Of a DNA stretch of 64,000 nt, positions 38,300 to 52,000 are shown piece after piece; within the stretch, counting starts at the first letter, position 1; each line of letters begins with the position of its first letter. Under the pieces are notes generated by a model that saw only the letters and a program-made list of their open reading frames with translations, did no database searches and was not told the origin of the DNA. Source of the stretch: Lama glama (lineage: Eukaryota); NCBI GenBank assembly GCA_028534125.1, contig CM052832.1:13890001-13954000 (forward strand), in the 5' to 3' direction. The position numbers and the translations under genes are program-made.

Positions 38300-39450
38300 G
38301 TGGGGGGGCGCCCCTGCCCTGACGTGGATCTCACACTCTCCGAGACTGTCCCCTTCCCAGCTCGCGCTTACCCCGGGCCAGGACCGGATTCGGGGGCCTC
38401 TTGGTAGCTCCTTACGCCGACGTAGGCGCGGGGACTGGAAGAAAGGCGGCAAAAGTCCGGGGAGCGGAGGGAGCGGCACCTCGTAAGGACGAGGACCGGG
38501 TCGGGGGCGGAGGCCGCGCCTTTCCCCGCCCCGGGCTTCCCCCCATCTGGTCCTCCCTCCCCCGACTACCTCTCCGCCTTCCCCCGCCCCCCCGCGCGCA
38601 TCCGGCGGCGGGCACAGGATGTTCTTTCGCTCCGGTCCCCCCGCCCCTCCTCCGCCCCCGCTCTCACTTTCCCTTCGCTCCCTTCCCCCGCTCCCGCCGC
38701 GCCCGGCGCCGACACCTTGTTTAACTCCTCCTCGCCCGTGCTCCGCGGCACCCGCGCGCCCTGGGGTCCCACCCTTCCAGCCCACCCGCAGGACGCATAG
38801 CAAGCCCGAGGGCTTTCCGGGAAGAAACCGGCCTGGACTGAGCGCTGGGCCTTGGTTCTCGAGATCCATCGGCCCATCGGGGTGAAGGGATGGAGACGGA
38901 TCCTAGGGGCTGAAGCCGGCTTTCTCTGGACCCCCGCCAGCTCACCGATGCTGGGTGGGCTGCGGATGGGGTGCCCTAAATCGGGCAAGCCTCGCACCAG
39001 AAGGGGGAGGCCAGGTGGGTGGGGTTAGCTCCAGGCCCGGCCGTGAGGATGGCAGGGTAGAGAACCCCTAACCTCACCCTCTACCCAGGTTGGGATAAAA
39101 ACGGGCCTGGGTCTCCAGGAGAAGTTGGGGAAAGGTCACGCCCCTCGCGCATACGTCACTGTTTCCAAGGCAACCAGGGGCGGGGACGCGGGTTGGAGAA
39201 GGAGAGACCTTAGAGAAAGGAGGCTGCTGGAGGCATTGGGACCCGGGTTGGGATGGGGAAGCGGCGTTGGCGGCCTTTTCAATCTTTGCTTCTTCACTCG
39301 CTGATGTTCCAAAAAGCTGAGGGAAGGACGGGTTCTGTTCGCTCGCTCGTTCATTCAACAGACGTTCATTGATTGAGCTTGAACTATGCTTGGCACCATA
39401 CTTAGGCACTGGGTTCCCACGGCGCTGGATCCGAACCCTGCCCTCACCGG
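38300..39450. promoter_or_regulatory. CpG island / enhancer with GC boxes and a palindromic GRE/ARE
   Basis: Very GC- and CpG-rich, multiple CCCCGCCCC boxes, GGCACAggaTGTTCT at 38611-38625. Boundaries approximate. Confidence 0.8.
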
Positions 39451-40095
39451 TTATTTTGAGTTAGGGTAGGGTGGCCATGCATCCTGGCTTAAGTCTGTGT
39501 TACCGGTGTAATTATTAATAGTAATAGTGTAATTATTGATTGCTTAGGCGTGTCCCAGTATGGGGGTGGGTAGTTAAGGAACCCTATCCGCCAGTTCAGG
39601 GAAGGCCCCTACCGGGGCAGGGAAGGAAGACGCGCTATTACCTGCTCACTGTGCAAGGGGCACTTTGTAGTCTCTGTAAACGTTGCCACTTATTTTATAA
39701 GGTAAATATCTCTCGCACCTTTTATAGATGAAGAAACGGGCTCAGAAAGGTTAAGAGACTTGCCTAAGCCCAAACAGCTAAGGGTTGGAACCAGGATCCA
39801 GACCCAAGTCCGGGTAGCCTCCAAAATCCAAGTGCCCTATCTTATGCTTCCTTCTCAAAATAAATAGATGCTATTAAATAAACAAAACTGTCCCTGCCAT
39901 GAAGGAGCTTATAATCTATCCAGTTGAAAATACTACAGGACATAATGAAGCAATAAAATATAGAAAAGATGGAAGGCAGTTTATAAGGCTCAGACGGAAG
40001 TTGATGACAAAATGATCAAAGTCGGGTGGAGATTATCAGAGCTTTTGAGCTGGGTTACGAGGTGGTGATGGGCCAAGATTACTGGGCACATGTAT

Positions 40096-40097
<2 letters not shown>

Positions 40098-40141
<44 letters not shown>
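40098..40141. repeat. (TG)n(GA)n compound microsatellite
   Basis: Directly visible. Confidence 0.95.
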
Positions 40142-42229
40142 TGTGGTGCCAAGAAAAAGAACAATCTAAGGACATCAGACTAGCAGCCCAGAGCTACGTA
40201 GGCTGGAAACTCCAATGGCCAGGTCCCTCTGTAAACCCCAAAGCCACTGGTTACCCCTACTCTCATTTCTGCCTCCCACCTTCTTTAGTGGTTTTGTTTC
40301 TTGCTGGAGCAAATGCTGTCTGCAGACAGCTACACTCTTTCCACTCTGCAATCCAGGTCTTTGCAGTTTGGATTTGGTGCAACCCCCTAAAGTTAATTTG
40401 GATGTCAGCTTCTCCCTTCCCCACCCCTCTCTCTGGAGAATCTGGGAAATTAAAAAACTGTGACTCCCACAGAAGGGCCTGTGTGAGCATTAGGAAGGCC
40501 ACAGGCTTGATGGGAATGGGGAGACCAAGCAGGAAAGAGAACTGGGAGGATGAGAGAGGAGCACAAGCAAGTGGATTGGCCACTTGAAGCACATTGGCTG
40601 CCCTCCTGCTGCACACCAGGCCCTGTGCTGGACTCTGTGGTCTGGGTACGCCATGAATGAATCCAGGGCCCTTCAAATGGAACACACGGGTTAGCAGCTG
40701 GTGTACCCAGTGTGCTTGGTTGAAGAGTCTGAAACTGATAACATACACAATAAACAGTGTTTGAGAAAGATTATTCCAGCAGGGTGTGTAGGAGGAAGGA
40801 AAAAACCTGGGTCAGAAAGGACAATGTGGCAGTGATGGTGGGAATTGGGGCCAAAGGTGGAATCTATGGGCTTGGAAATGAAGAAGTAAGTGAGGAAAGT
40901 AACGAACAATATATCTTGTAATAAAAGCAACAGAAGGAAGAATTTGGTAATAGATGAGATCTAGGATAGTGAAGGAGAGAATATAGTTAAGAATGAATCC
41001 ACCTTCATGGTGAGTTTGGGGAGTAGGAGGGTCATGGTGGGCAGAGGGGAAGAGCTGGTGAAAGGTACAGGGATTTAAGGGTGAGTTCAGTCACTTCTAG
41101 GCCATGTGAGGGCAGGTGTCCTATAGGTGACTGGACTTAGAGATAGGGAAGTCCTGAGGGGAAGTGAGGGGCCTTGTGAAAGAGTGTCCCTGTCACTGTG
41201 GGTGTGCAGTTTCAGAACAATCATTTACCCAGGATATTGTGAACAGATTTCATCCATCAGGTAGAGGTTGGAGTCAACAACAGTGAAAGTACATCCTGAG
41301 AGCTGGTGAGCACTGGCTTGGTGAGCACATGGGTGGGAGATATGTCTGTATGTGTGGGAAGGTGGCGGGCATCCTTCTCAACTCTGGCTACTGAGGGTGC
41401 CAGAGATGTCTGGGGTTGAGGAGAGGGGTTGAGGCCCAGGTGAGGCACTTCAGCGGCCCAGGATCCCTCCTGCAGCCCCACCTTGGAACGCCCTGGAGCC
41501 CAGGCCTGTGCTGACTGCCAGAGCCTTTCCTGGAGCTTGGCAGAGGATGGAGCCCCTCCCTGCCTACCCTGGCACACTCCAGGCACAGCATGTCCCCTGG
41601 GGCACCTTGTAGACACCCCAGGAGGCTGGGGCATGGGACAGGTCCCCACCCCCCAGGAAGAGTCCTGCACTGGGCTGACATCTGAGCTCCCTGCCCTGGG
41701 GCTGTCGTCCTCACAATGGCCTCAGCAGACCACAGGGGACAGTAGGCGCAGAGGAGGAAGGAGAAGCTTTGTGGCTGGGTGGCATGATTGGTGGGTCTTT
41801 GTTGTGGCTTTGGGGGGAGGGTCGGTAAGGCAGAAAAGCAGGGTCTCAGGCTTCAAAGCACCTCCCCACCTGCTTCTCCTTCCCTCTGAGGAAATCTTCA
41901 GGGGCCTAGTGGTTTTGAGAGGAGGGGACAGGAAGAGACTCTGAACTCTGGGTCAGCTGAGGACAGAGATGGGGAAGATCTTCTTGCCCTATATCCCATT
42001 TCTCCCAGCATCCTCTTCCTCTGTTCCCCACCAACCTAGAAGAAATTTCTACCTACATCTGCATCTAAGAGTTACACCCCCATCCCCTCCCATCACCTAC
42101 CCCCCCCCCCCCCGGCCCCGGCCAAGACCTCCAGAGGCCTCCCATAGTGGTGGGGGAATGGGACAACGTGTACCTGGCCGCTGTATGGCCGGCCACACCT
42201 GCCGGTTAGGGTGGTGGGGTGAGGAGAGT

Positions 42230-43060
42230 GCCCCTCCCAAGTGGGCAGAGTCCGCTCTGCTCGCACCAGGGGCTGCGAGACCCTTTACTGGAGCGGCGAG
42301 AAGGCAGGGGGATGCGCAAACTCGCCACGTGGAGGTCCCAGGCGACAGGCAGGGCAGGAGTCGAGGAGCCCTGTGCTCCCCCCTCCCCTCCCGCTCGAGG
42401 GAGCCTCTGAGAGTTGGGTCGTCGCTGACCGCAGGCTGCGAGAGCGGTTGATCTGGTGAGCGAGCACACCCACTTACCCAGCTGCTGAGTCAGGCTGTTC
42501 TCGCTCCCCGTTCGCCCGCCCGCCCGCTCGGGACATTGTGTTCCAGCCCCGGCGCGCTGGCACCGGGCCCAGGCGCTCACACCAGCCTCCTCGCCCTGTT
42601 TGTGCTCGCGGCTTGCGCTCGGCGCGCAGCCTCCCCGCCGCCGCAGCCCTGCGAGGGCGCGCTGGGGCCGCGCCAGGCCTGGGCACGGCAAGAGAGAGGG
42701 CCAGGGGCTGGTGTGGAGCCCCTGGGATGGGCGCCCCAGCCGGGTGGCCCTGGCAGCCCTAACCGTCACGGGCCTTAGCGCACCCAGACCTATCCATCCC
42801 CCACCTAAGCCCTGGTTTGGAACCCCAGGCGTGTGGGGGACGCCGGAGCAGCACAGTTGTGGGAGGCAGGTGTTGGTAGCTCCACGCAGGGAAGGAGCCG
42901 CCGAGGTTGCCGCCTGAGCCCCAGTAGCGCTCAGTCCAGGAGTCTGGAGGAAGACAGCTGGGAGCGCGCCAGCCCCAGACCTGGGAGACATGGGATGCTG
43001 TCACGTGACAACGGAAGCCCGCTAGAAGGGGCCAATTCAAGCCATCTCCCGGAGGCGCTT
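42230..43060 (+). promoter_or_regulatory. FKBP5: CpG island, probable distal promoter and non-coding first exon of FKBP5
   Basis: CpG-dense, candidate donor CTG|GTGAGC at 42455/42456, GRE, AP-1 and E-box motifs. Gene assignment is from conserved order CLPS-CLPSL1-CLPSL2-ARMC12-FKBP5 and ~9 kb spacing from ARMC12 only. Confidence 0.55.
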
Positions 43061-46000
43061 CCCCTTTCCTCGGACCCCTTCCCTAAGAAACACTTTCTTC
43101 ACACAAGCCTGGAGACTCCAGGGATTCCCAGGGGCCTGGCCAACCAAGCACAGCTCTGTTGGATAGCTTGGGAACCCCCTGGCAGGACTCCAGGAATAGA
43201 AAGAGCCTGGACACTAGCGGGTGGGAGTGGGAGGCAGGGTGGAGGAAGACCCCAAACCGGAGCCTGATCCCTCCCTTTGTCCAATCAAAACCCGGTTTTA
43301 TTCAGAGCCACCTTTTTTCCTTATCCATCCTTCTACAGAAAGACATCACTGAGTGCTAGTCCTGAAGGTTCCACTCTCCCTAAACCAAGGAGGGAATAAA
43401 GGACTGAGCACCAACCATATGGAAGACTCTGTTAGGTCCTGCTAAAGATGTCATTCAAAAGTTTATGACACAATTCCTAAGGTCCTTTCTTCTCCCTCCT
43501 TCCAACCTCCACAGTTCACTCTGTCATCTCCCATGCCAGGAGTGCCTGTCCTCCATGTCTACACATCTCTCAAGCTCCAGCTCATAAAGCCTGCTTGGAA
43601 CAGCACCAGCCAAATCTGATTCCTCCTCTGAAAGCTCAGCACACTTAGTCTGTACCTTTCTCACGGCATAGCGTGTGGCCTGTCTCATATTCTAGTGATC
43701 TGTTTACTAATTCTGTTCTTCTAACCAGATTAGAAAGTTCTTGAGGCAGAAACAAAGTCTGCTGCTTTGAGGCCTCCCCCCATGGCTTGAGTTCATCCCC
43801 CACAGGCCAAGGTTGGCACTGGAGTTGATGTTCAATAAATGTTGGGTGTATTGAAATGATTTCCTGCCCTTGGGCAGTTTGCAGACCAGTTGAAGAGACA
43901 AACACATGGCATGGGAGGTTAAATAATAACCCAAGCCAGCAGGTGGTGAGTACCAAGTGTTCGAGCTATAGGGACTCAGAAGCAAGAAGGTGGTAGTGTG
44001 GGAGAAAGATCCCAGGAGGTTCTAGGCCTTGAGCTGTGTGTGTGGAGGATGAGAGAGAAGGCGTGGGGGTGACTCATTCTAGTTGACATCATCACAAACC
44101 AGCCTCCGTTCTAGGCACTTCACATGGATTATCTCTAATATTTAAGGGAGTAGGGGGAAGTTTGGGGGTGGGGAGGGGACCGTGCCCAAGCCAGACCTGC
44201 CCAGAGCCAACTAGAGTGTAGATGCAGCCTTAGATCTGGGCTCCCCACCCTCACTCCCCAGGCACTGCTTGTTCCCTGGCCTGCCACTCCTACATACTAC
44301 ACCCAAGAGAGTTGCCCAGCACTGCCGGGCTCTGGATGCACTCTGGTCCCATCCACCCTGGTGAACAACTGGCTGTGTGACCTTGGGCAAGGCATTTCCT
44401 TCCCTGCACCTCCCTGTCATCTGTACCCCTGTCTTAGTGATTCAACATCCCCAGTGATGCTTTCCATCTCCCCAGATGTTACCTGGCTGCTGTGGCTCTC
44501 TCCATCCCTGCCCCTCCCCCACTCATCCCTCCCTCCCCGTCTGGAGCTGCTGAAAGGAACACTGGGTACAGAGTGTGAGCAGGGATAGTAGGTTTCCTGT
44601 GGTTGCAAAAGGAACATCGGGACTTTCCCTGCTGTGGGAGAAGTGGGGGAGGAGGAGGCAGGGCCAACCTCGAAGGAACCTCTGCTCTCTTCCCTCCCCT
44701 CAGTGCTCCCAGCTCTGAAAAAGGCTGGTACAGTTTGTTACGCTGGGGCCGGAATGTACCGTGTGTTTCATATGGCCTCTGTCCAGTCCTACACTGGCGG
44801 CTTTATATTTATACTTCCTTCTTCAGCTGTGGCATCCTGCTGTCAGTCACCCCTGCTCTCTTCTGCCTCCCTCCCATCTGGGCCCCCCCCCCACCATGGG
44901 TCAGTTCTTGGGGTCTAAACTCTTGTGAGAGGTGAGGGTGGAGTGCAGAGAGAGCCCTGGAGGAGAGAAGTTGGACTCTGGAAGGTTGAAGCTCCCAGTG
45001 CCCTTCTCTCGCCAATCAGCCAGCCCTAAAACACCCTCTGAGGCCATAGACACTCCAAGTTGGGTCTGAAGGTTCTCTGGGACTTTGAGATTGATTTCTA
45101 CTTCTTACCACCCTTGTTTTCCTGAGCACTTTAGCAGCATTCTTGAGCCCAGCTAAAGAAGTGAGCTGAAGGCTCTATTTAAGTTGTTCCCCCACTCCCA
45201 AAAGCTTGGCAGACCTCCCCCTTCAGTCACAGAGAATGTGGCAGAGGTGGGGGCTAGGGGAGGGGGATCTGATCCTCCCCAACCCCAGGAGTCACACATT
45301 TCTAATAGAAGGTGCAAAATGGAATTTGACACCAGCGACATAATGATTTTCTGAGCTGTGACCAGCTTAATCACTTCAAAGTGGCTTCAGTATTCAGATA
45401 TCAATACGTTTATGATCTGGCCTTCCTCCTTCAGGAGCACATGGTATTATTATTCACAATAATAACTAAGATCGATTGCCTCCTAGGGGCCAAGTGTTGG
45501 GCTCAGGGCTTTATATCCACAAGCTTATTTACTCTTCACAGCAACTCCAGGAGGTGGGTGCTCATGTTAGGCCTCTGCAACAGTTTGGAAAACTGAGGCT
45601 CAGAGAAGTGATAGGGCTGTGATTCACATTTAGGTCTGTCTGACATCAAAGCCAGCACTTCTCAATGTTCTGCTAGATGGCTTAGATCATGTACTGAAAT
45701 CATCAACCCTCCATTTCTCAAGCCTCAGAGTCTCAGTCCCTCCTTCCTTCAAGGGATTCTAGGACCTCTGCCTACTTAGAGCCCATGCACACCATGAGGA
45801 ATACTATGACAGCCAGAAAGCCATTTTCAGCCCATTTGACAGGCTGAAATGCAGAGGCCCCAGAAGTCACTCAATGGTGGAGTTGTATGATCAGGCCTGC
45901 TGGCTGTGGGCAGCCTCAGTTGTCTGTCAGCCAACTGGCGTGCCTGCCGCTGCTCACCCCCTCATCTGGGAATAAACTGGCTTCACTGTAACGCTCTGGC

Positions 46001-48965
46001 CCTGGGAACTAAAAACCAGGGACTGAACCTGGGTTCCAAGTCTCTCAACTAAGGTCTATCTGTAGCACCCAGTGACATGGTGGCATGGCCTGTCTTAGGA
46101 CCCATTTACAGCAGGGCTTGGGGAGAAATCACTACCATTATGTCACTCCCTGGCTGTATCGGGAGGGGTACATTTCACCTCTATGTCCTAACTCAGTATG
46201 ATCTTCATAGTCCTTTAAAGTAAGAACAGTACCCACTTTCCTGATGGGAAAACTGATGCAAGAGCAGCTAAGTTACTCAGCCAATGGCAAGAAACTAGAT
46301 TTGTGGCTGTGATATGGGATGCTTTGTTTCATAACACAGGGCCTCTCTTGAGCTAGGAGAGAAAGAGTGTCCCAAGATGGCCCAAACCTGGTGACACGTG
46401 GCCTTTCACCCAGCCCTGTTACCCCAGGAAGGGACCGCAGCACCACACTGCCCATGCCACCCTTATCTACCCCCAGAGGCTGAAGCAAGGGCACCAGACA
46501 TCCTGTAGTTAGTCGGCCTGGCCTGGTTTCTGGCTTCCTGTCCTCTGCGGCTCTCATGGGGACATTTTGTCCCCTCTGAGCCCAGTTCTTTCTTCCTCTT
46601 TTACCCTTCCTTCTCTCTTTTTCTGTCCTTGCTCACTGAGAGCCCTGGTTATATGCCTCCATCCATCTGTGTTTGATTTTTATCTTTGCTTTTTGTATGT
46701 CCATTCTCCTGGGAAGTCTCCTGAGGTCCCCTCTGCCTTCTTCCCTCTGACACCATCTTGTTTTTGAGGAAGCATCTTCCATTCCTAACCCCACCCCCAG
46801 TCCTTGATTCCAACTTCTACCAGCATCAGACTGCTCCAGTTTATGCACTCAGTGTGCATTTAATGAGTGCCCGCTGTGTGTCCCAGGAAATGCATTAATG
46901 CCTGGGGATCCAAAGTCCAAAAGCTGTGCTGGGGCATCTATTAAGCACCTACCATGTGCATCAGGCATGTGCTTCAACCTGGGGGCATAAAAACCAGTCG
47001 TTGTCCTCAAGAGATCTCTGGGCTACTTGAAAAGCTGCACAAAAGTAGATCATTATAATGCCCTGGAAAGTTAGGGACTGGGTGTAGCCAGAGGGCTCAG
47101 GGAGGGATCCGGGAGGACTCCTCTGAGGAGGCCAGTCTTCAAGTCTGTGAGGAGCTGGCCAGGCAGAGCAAGTGTGCAGGGCGTGCCAGGCTGGAGGCAC
47201 ACAGGCGTGAAGCGGCCCTGGGTTCTCTGGCGGGTGCTTTGAGTTGTTTGGTCTGGCCTGGACATGAAGTGCAGGTTGAGGAAGTTAGGGAGATGTGGCC
47301 AGAGGCAGGCAGTCAGATACTACAAAACCTCATGTTCCAGCAAAAGAGTTGACCTTTATCCTAGAGCAGCTGGAAATCCAAGCAGCCTTATTGCTCCCTA
47401 TATCCTAGGAGCTCCAGGGCTGGGCACAGGCCAGGCCCAAAACACTCTCTCAAGTCCCCACTAACCCACATTTACCACCCTTTGGGTCAGCAAGGCCTGA
47501 GGAAGAGTGAGGCACTTAAATATAATGCTGTTTCCAAAGCATAATCATTCATTCACTCATAAATGTTTGGTGAGCTCTGATGTTTGCCAGGTCCTGATGT
47601 GAGCACGGGGAATGGGTCATTGAACCCCACAGAGGTCCCTGCTCTCAAGAAACTTAACATCCTTAGGAGGGATGTTTGGGAGGGAGGAGAGGCCATGAAC
47701 AAACAAACAAACAAAACGAATAAAAAGATAATTTCAGATCGTGCTAAGAGCAAAGAATAATAAAACAGAGCGAAGCAATTGCAAGTAAAGGGGTGGGCTG
47801 AGTAGTCAGGGAAGGCTGCTCTAAGGACAACTTATGTTTCAGCTGAGACCTAGATGACAAGAACAAACCAGTATGTGAACATCTGGGGCCTTAGGGTTCT
47901 GGGCATAGAAAATAGCACATGCAGAATTCTGAGGCAGGATGGAGCTTGACGTTTTTCAGGTTTAAGAAAAATGCTGGGTTCATTCATTACTCCCCAGCAA
48001 TTCTAGGCAAGGGTTGTTGTATCCATTTTGTAGAGATGGAAACTGAGACTTGGAATGATCAAGTTCCTTGGCCAGTATCGTAACTGGTAGTACAAACTTT
48101 GGCTCTGAAGCCACTGCTCTTTTTTCTACTGAAGTATCAAGTACACCAACCATGCGTCCTAAATTATTTACAGATGTCCAATTTCCAAAATTCTCTCATC
48201 GTTCTCTGGACAGTCATCCTGGGCATTCTCTGTGTCCCAAATCATGACTTCAAGCCCTGTCTCTGTCACTTACTACCAGTAAGTTGGTAGGATGAGCACT
48301 TCATCACTGTATGCCTGTTTCATCAACTGTAAACAGGGAGAGTATTCATTCCAATGTCAGGCTTGCTGAGAGGATTAAATGAGATAATCTATGTAAGGTC
48401 AGTACAGTGCCTAGAACGTGGGACACATTCAATTCATGGCAGTTCAGAAAACTGAGGTCAGTTGCAGGATGGTCCTGTCACCCTGTGAGGCCTCGGATGC
48501 CTGAGACGGGCAGAGGAGCTGTGGGAGGAGACAGCAGGGGCCGGTGGCTAGGAGGGCCTCTTCCCCTTTACTCAGCGGCTCACTCCTCACGCTGGGATCC
48601 CATACTGACACATCTTGTACTTCCCGTTTCCAGGGAAATTCCTCGCCGCTGGACCGCACCCGCCCTTGAGGACCTCCCGATCTCTTTGGGCAGAGCGGAA
48701 GCCAGACAGAGCTTGGGACTGTGAAGTGACGGTCCTCAGCCCTGTGTGTGCCAGGAGCCCCCGAGGGGAAGGCGGCCACGCTGCAGGAGGGCGGGGGCCG
48801 CGGCGGGAGCCTGGGGTGGACTGCTGAGACAGAGCCCTTCTCAGAGGAGGTGGGGACCCCGTGGAGTACGTGACTCCCGGCCCTCCAAGCCTGCATGCTC
48901 CAGTTAGCAGGACAGAGACCCCTCTCCAACCATCCCCAAACTTCCCTGGGCTTCCTGCTCTGTCA

Positions 48966-48966
<1 letters not shown>

Positions 48967-49004
<38 letters not shown>
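48967..49004. repeat. (CA)19 microsatellite
   Basis: Directly visible. Confidence 0.95.
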
Positions 49005-49007
<3 letters not shown>

Positions 49008-52000
49008 CTCCTAGGCACCTCTGAGAGGACCAGCAGCAGCTGAGGATGGGGGTGGGGAGAGTCCTGCCAGGGCTCTCAGATCACTAGCCTCTCTCTCCCA
49101 CCCTTCCTTCGCCCCCAACTGCTGAGCTGTTTCTACGTTTAAAGCAAAACACGATTCCGTCCTTCCTGCGGCGGCGGCTCGGTGGCAGCAGAGCTGCCCG
49201 GGATTATTTTTAGCAGGGATGCAGGGAAGGCACATTGCTCCTGGACTTTCACTGGGGACATCCCCCCCCCCCACCGGCCAAGGCTCGGCCTGGGGGAGGC
49301 CAGTACGGAAACCCCCCTCCCAGAAAAGGGAAACGGGTGTGTTTTCTGTTCCTTCAACTCACCAGAACAAGAGTTGCAGTCAAGCTTGGGGCTACACTGA
49401 TGGGAAATTCTAGGTTCCAAAACCTACGGGCAGTCCCCATCCCTGATCTCTGTGTCCCCATAAATCTGGGGAGCAGGAGGTGCCTGGAGTGGTGAGGCCC
49501 CATCTGTGGGTATTGGGGTCCAAGGGGAGACGCTTGGTTACAGCCAGCACCGTGGACTACGTACGATGTAGGGGCACCAGGCATTTTGGGTAGTGTTTAT
49601 GTGGGAGCTTGCTTTATAACTCCCTAAACTGAGAGTGTCTGTTCTACGTATTTCTCTGTACGTGTGTCTTTTAAATGCTAGCAGCACTTTATTGACATAT
49701 AATCTACTATGGTAAAATGCACAAATCTCAAGTGCACAGCTCAATGAATTTTGACACACACATATATATACACGAGTGTAACCATCACCTAGATAAAAAC
49801 TCTGAACATTTTCAGCATCCCTAAGTTCCCTCGTGCCCCCTCCCAATCAGTCCCCACCCCAGCGGCAACCAAGATCTGACTCTTATCACCACAGATTAAT
49901 TTCATGTATGTATACACGTGTGTGTTTTACAAGATTAAAAGAAATACAGCTGCTACCATAGAAAAGGAAATGGGCAATAAAAATTTTAACGTGGAAAGAG
50001 GGCCTCAAAAAAGGAGAGTAATTGGAATTTGAAAAAACTAAGGAATCATTGGCATGGGAAACAGGAGGTTCTAGGGCCAGCCCAACCCCTTAGGACTGGG
50101 ACAGGAGGGCTTGGAGCCGAGGCAGTGAGTGGGGAGAGGCCTGCCAGGGCTCCTCCTGGGTCCAGCTGCCCCCACGTTCTGCTAGAGATCCAGGCCCTTC
50201 CTTCAGCCCCCTCAGCCCAGCAGTTTCCAGCAAGGCCAAGGCTGCAAGGAAGAGTGCTTTCAAGGGCATCCTCCCAGAAACAGGCAGAAGTCAAGGCTTC
50301 TGTGCAATTAGATTGTTCATCTTTCCTGCCTTCGCTTTCAAGGTCCTTCTGATTCTGGGCCTCCTTCACCCTATGTCCTGCCTGGGGAGGGGAGATGCTG
50401 AGGCTCTCAGAGGAGGGTGGTAGAGGGAGAATCAGGGAGCTCATCACTCTTTCCTTCATTTAAAAACTCTTATTTGAGCGCCTACCTTGTGCTGTGGCTT
50501 CTGCTATTGTGGGGATAGGAGGATGACTAAGACAAATTGTGGCTCACTAGGGAATCAAAGGTAGCATTCCCAGGTGAGGCAAGGCTTTATTCCTCCTTCA
50601 AATGGGATAAGGGGCTCAGAGCGGGAGAGTGACTTGTTCCAGTATTACACAGCTAGCTGCTGGCAGAGGGAGCTGGAGAACTGGGACCCTTGACTCAGCC
50701 TCCCTCACTGGGGATAAGAAAGCAAAGGAAGCACAACCAACAGCCAGATGCCCTGGCTTTCTCCACCCCAGGCTCTCTGGAGCAGCAGAAAGAGCACTGA
50801 CCTGAAAGTCAGGAGCTGTCATTTCTGCCTCTAGGTCTCAAAAGCACTTCCTCTCTCTGGGCCTTGGTTTTCTCCCATGTACGTCAAGGATGCAGCCACC
50901 AGAGGAGCTTTAAGGTTCCTTTCGCGCATCAGACATTTTCCTGTTTCAGCACCTTTGCTCTGGCTTTTCTCTTACTGGAAGCTCCCTGTGCCTCCCGCTT
51001 CCTTCCTCTGACATCCTCCCAATCATTTGCTATCTAATTCCAGTGCAACTCCATGTGAACCCCACAGTCTTTGGGGGATCTGTTGAATGGGGCCACCTAG
51101 GTCTCCACCTCCAGGATAGACCTCTCTCACTGTGCCCCTCCTGTTCTAGAGCAGGGCCTCCCATGGGGAAGGTGTCTTTTGTCAGCCACACTGGAGGAGC
51201 TGCAGTGAATTCTTGCTCCCACCCCACACTTTCCTGTGCCCCTTTCAACTTGCAGAGAATGAGCTCATCCTTCCTCAGGGCCTCTGAGAGACAGTGCCTT
51301 CCTGCTGGGCAGGCCAGCCCAACCCAGGGCATCCAACCGGGGCATTTTTGGCAAAGATGGCTGCCCTGGGAGGTGAGCCCAGGAAGGATGAGAAGGACAG
51401 GCAGGGCCTCAGCCAGAAGGGTGGCTGCCCCGCCTCACCTGTCCCATCCTTATTCACAAACACCTGGGCAGAAATCTTCCCTCATAGCAAACACACAGCT
51501 CCTGCTCCCAGAACCACACCCAAACCCATGCCTAACTACCTGCCCACAAACAGACTAGCAACTTTGTAAATGTGTCCCCCACTGCTCCCTCTGCTCCCTC
51601 GCCCCTCCCCGAGGCAGGCATTGCACACACATACACATTCTTTGCCCATATACACATGGGCACACACACAGGCATAGACAGGCACACGGACACAAGTGCA
51701 AACATGAATGCATCACAGGCAGCAGTCAGGCCCACATGCACCTTGGGGGCACACACACACACGTGTGTGTGCATGGGCACACAGGTGTGCATATTTGCAC
51801 ACAAGGGAACAGATATATACACACTCTCCTCTCCACCCTCAGCTCTCAGGTGAGCAAGCCCAGCTCAGACTTGGAATGAGGAGAGTGGTCCGTTGTCAGG
51901 GTCTGGCTGCCTCTGGATTTATGTCAAACTGGGCTCTTTTGTCTTAATTTCCCTTACTGATGGCCCAATGGGAAGCAGAGAAAGTGCCAAGAGCTCAGGG

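Noticed and set aside
38252..38997. Long GC-rich ORFs (205 aa, 143 aa)
   Set aside because: Open in several frames on both strands because CpG islands are poor in stops; low-complexity G/R/P sequence.
42206..43267. 261-aa and neighbouring ORFs
   Set aside because: Same CpG-island effect; no recognisable domain.
51620..51825. CA/TG-rich region with palindrome cacacacgtgtgtg
   Set aside because: Low-complexity degenerate dinucleotide sequence; palindrome expected from composition.
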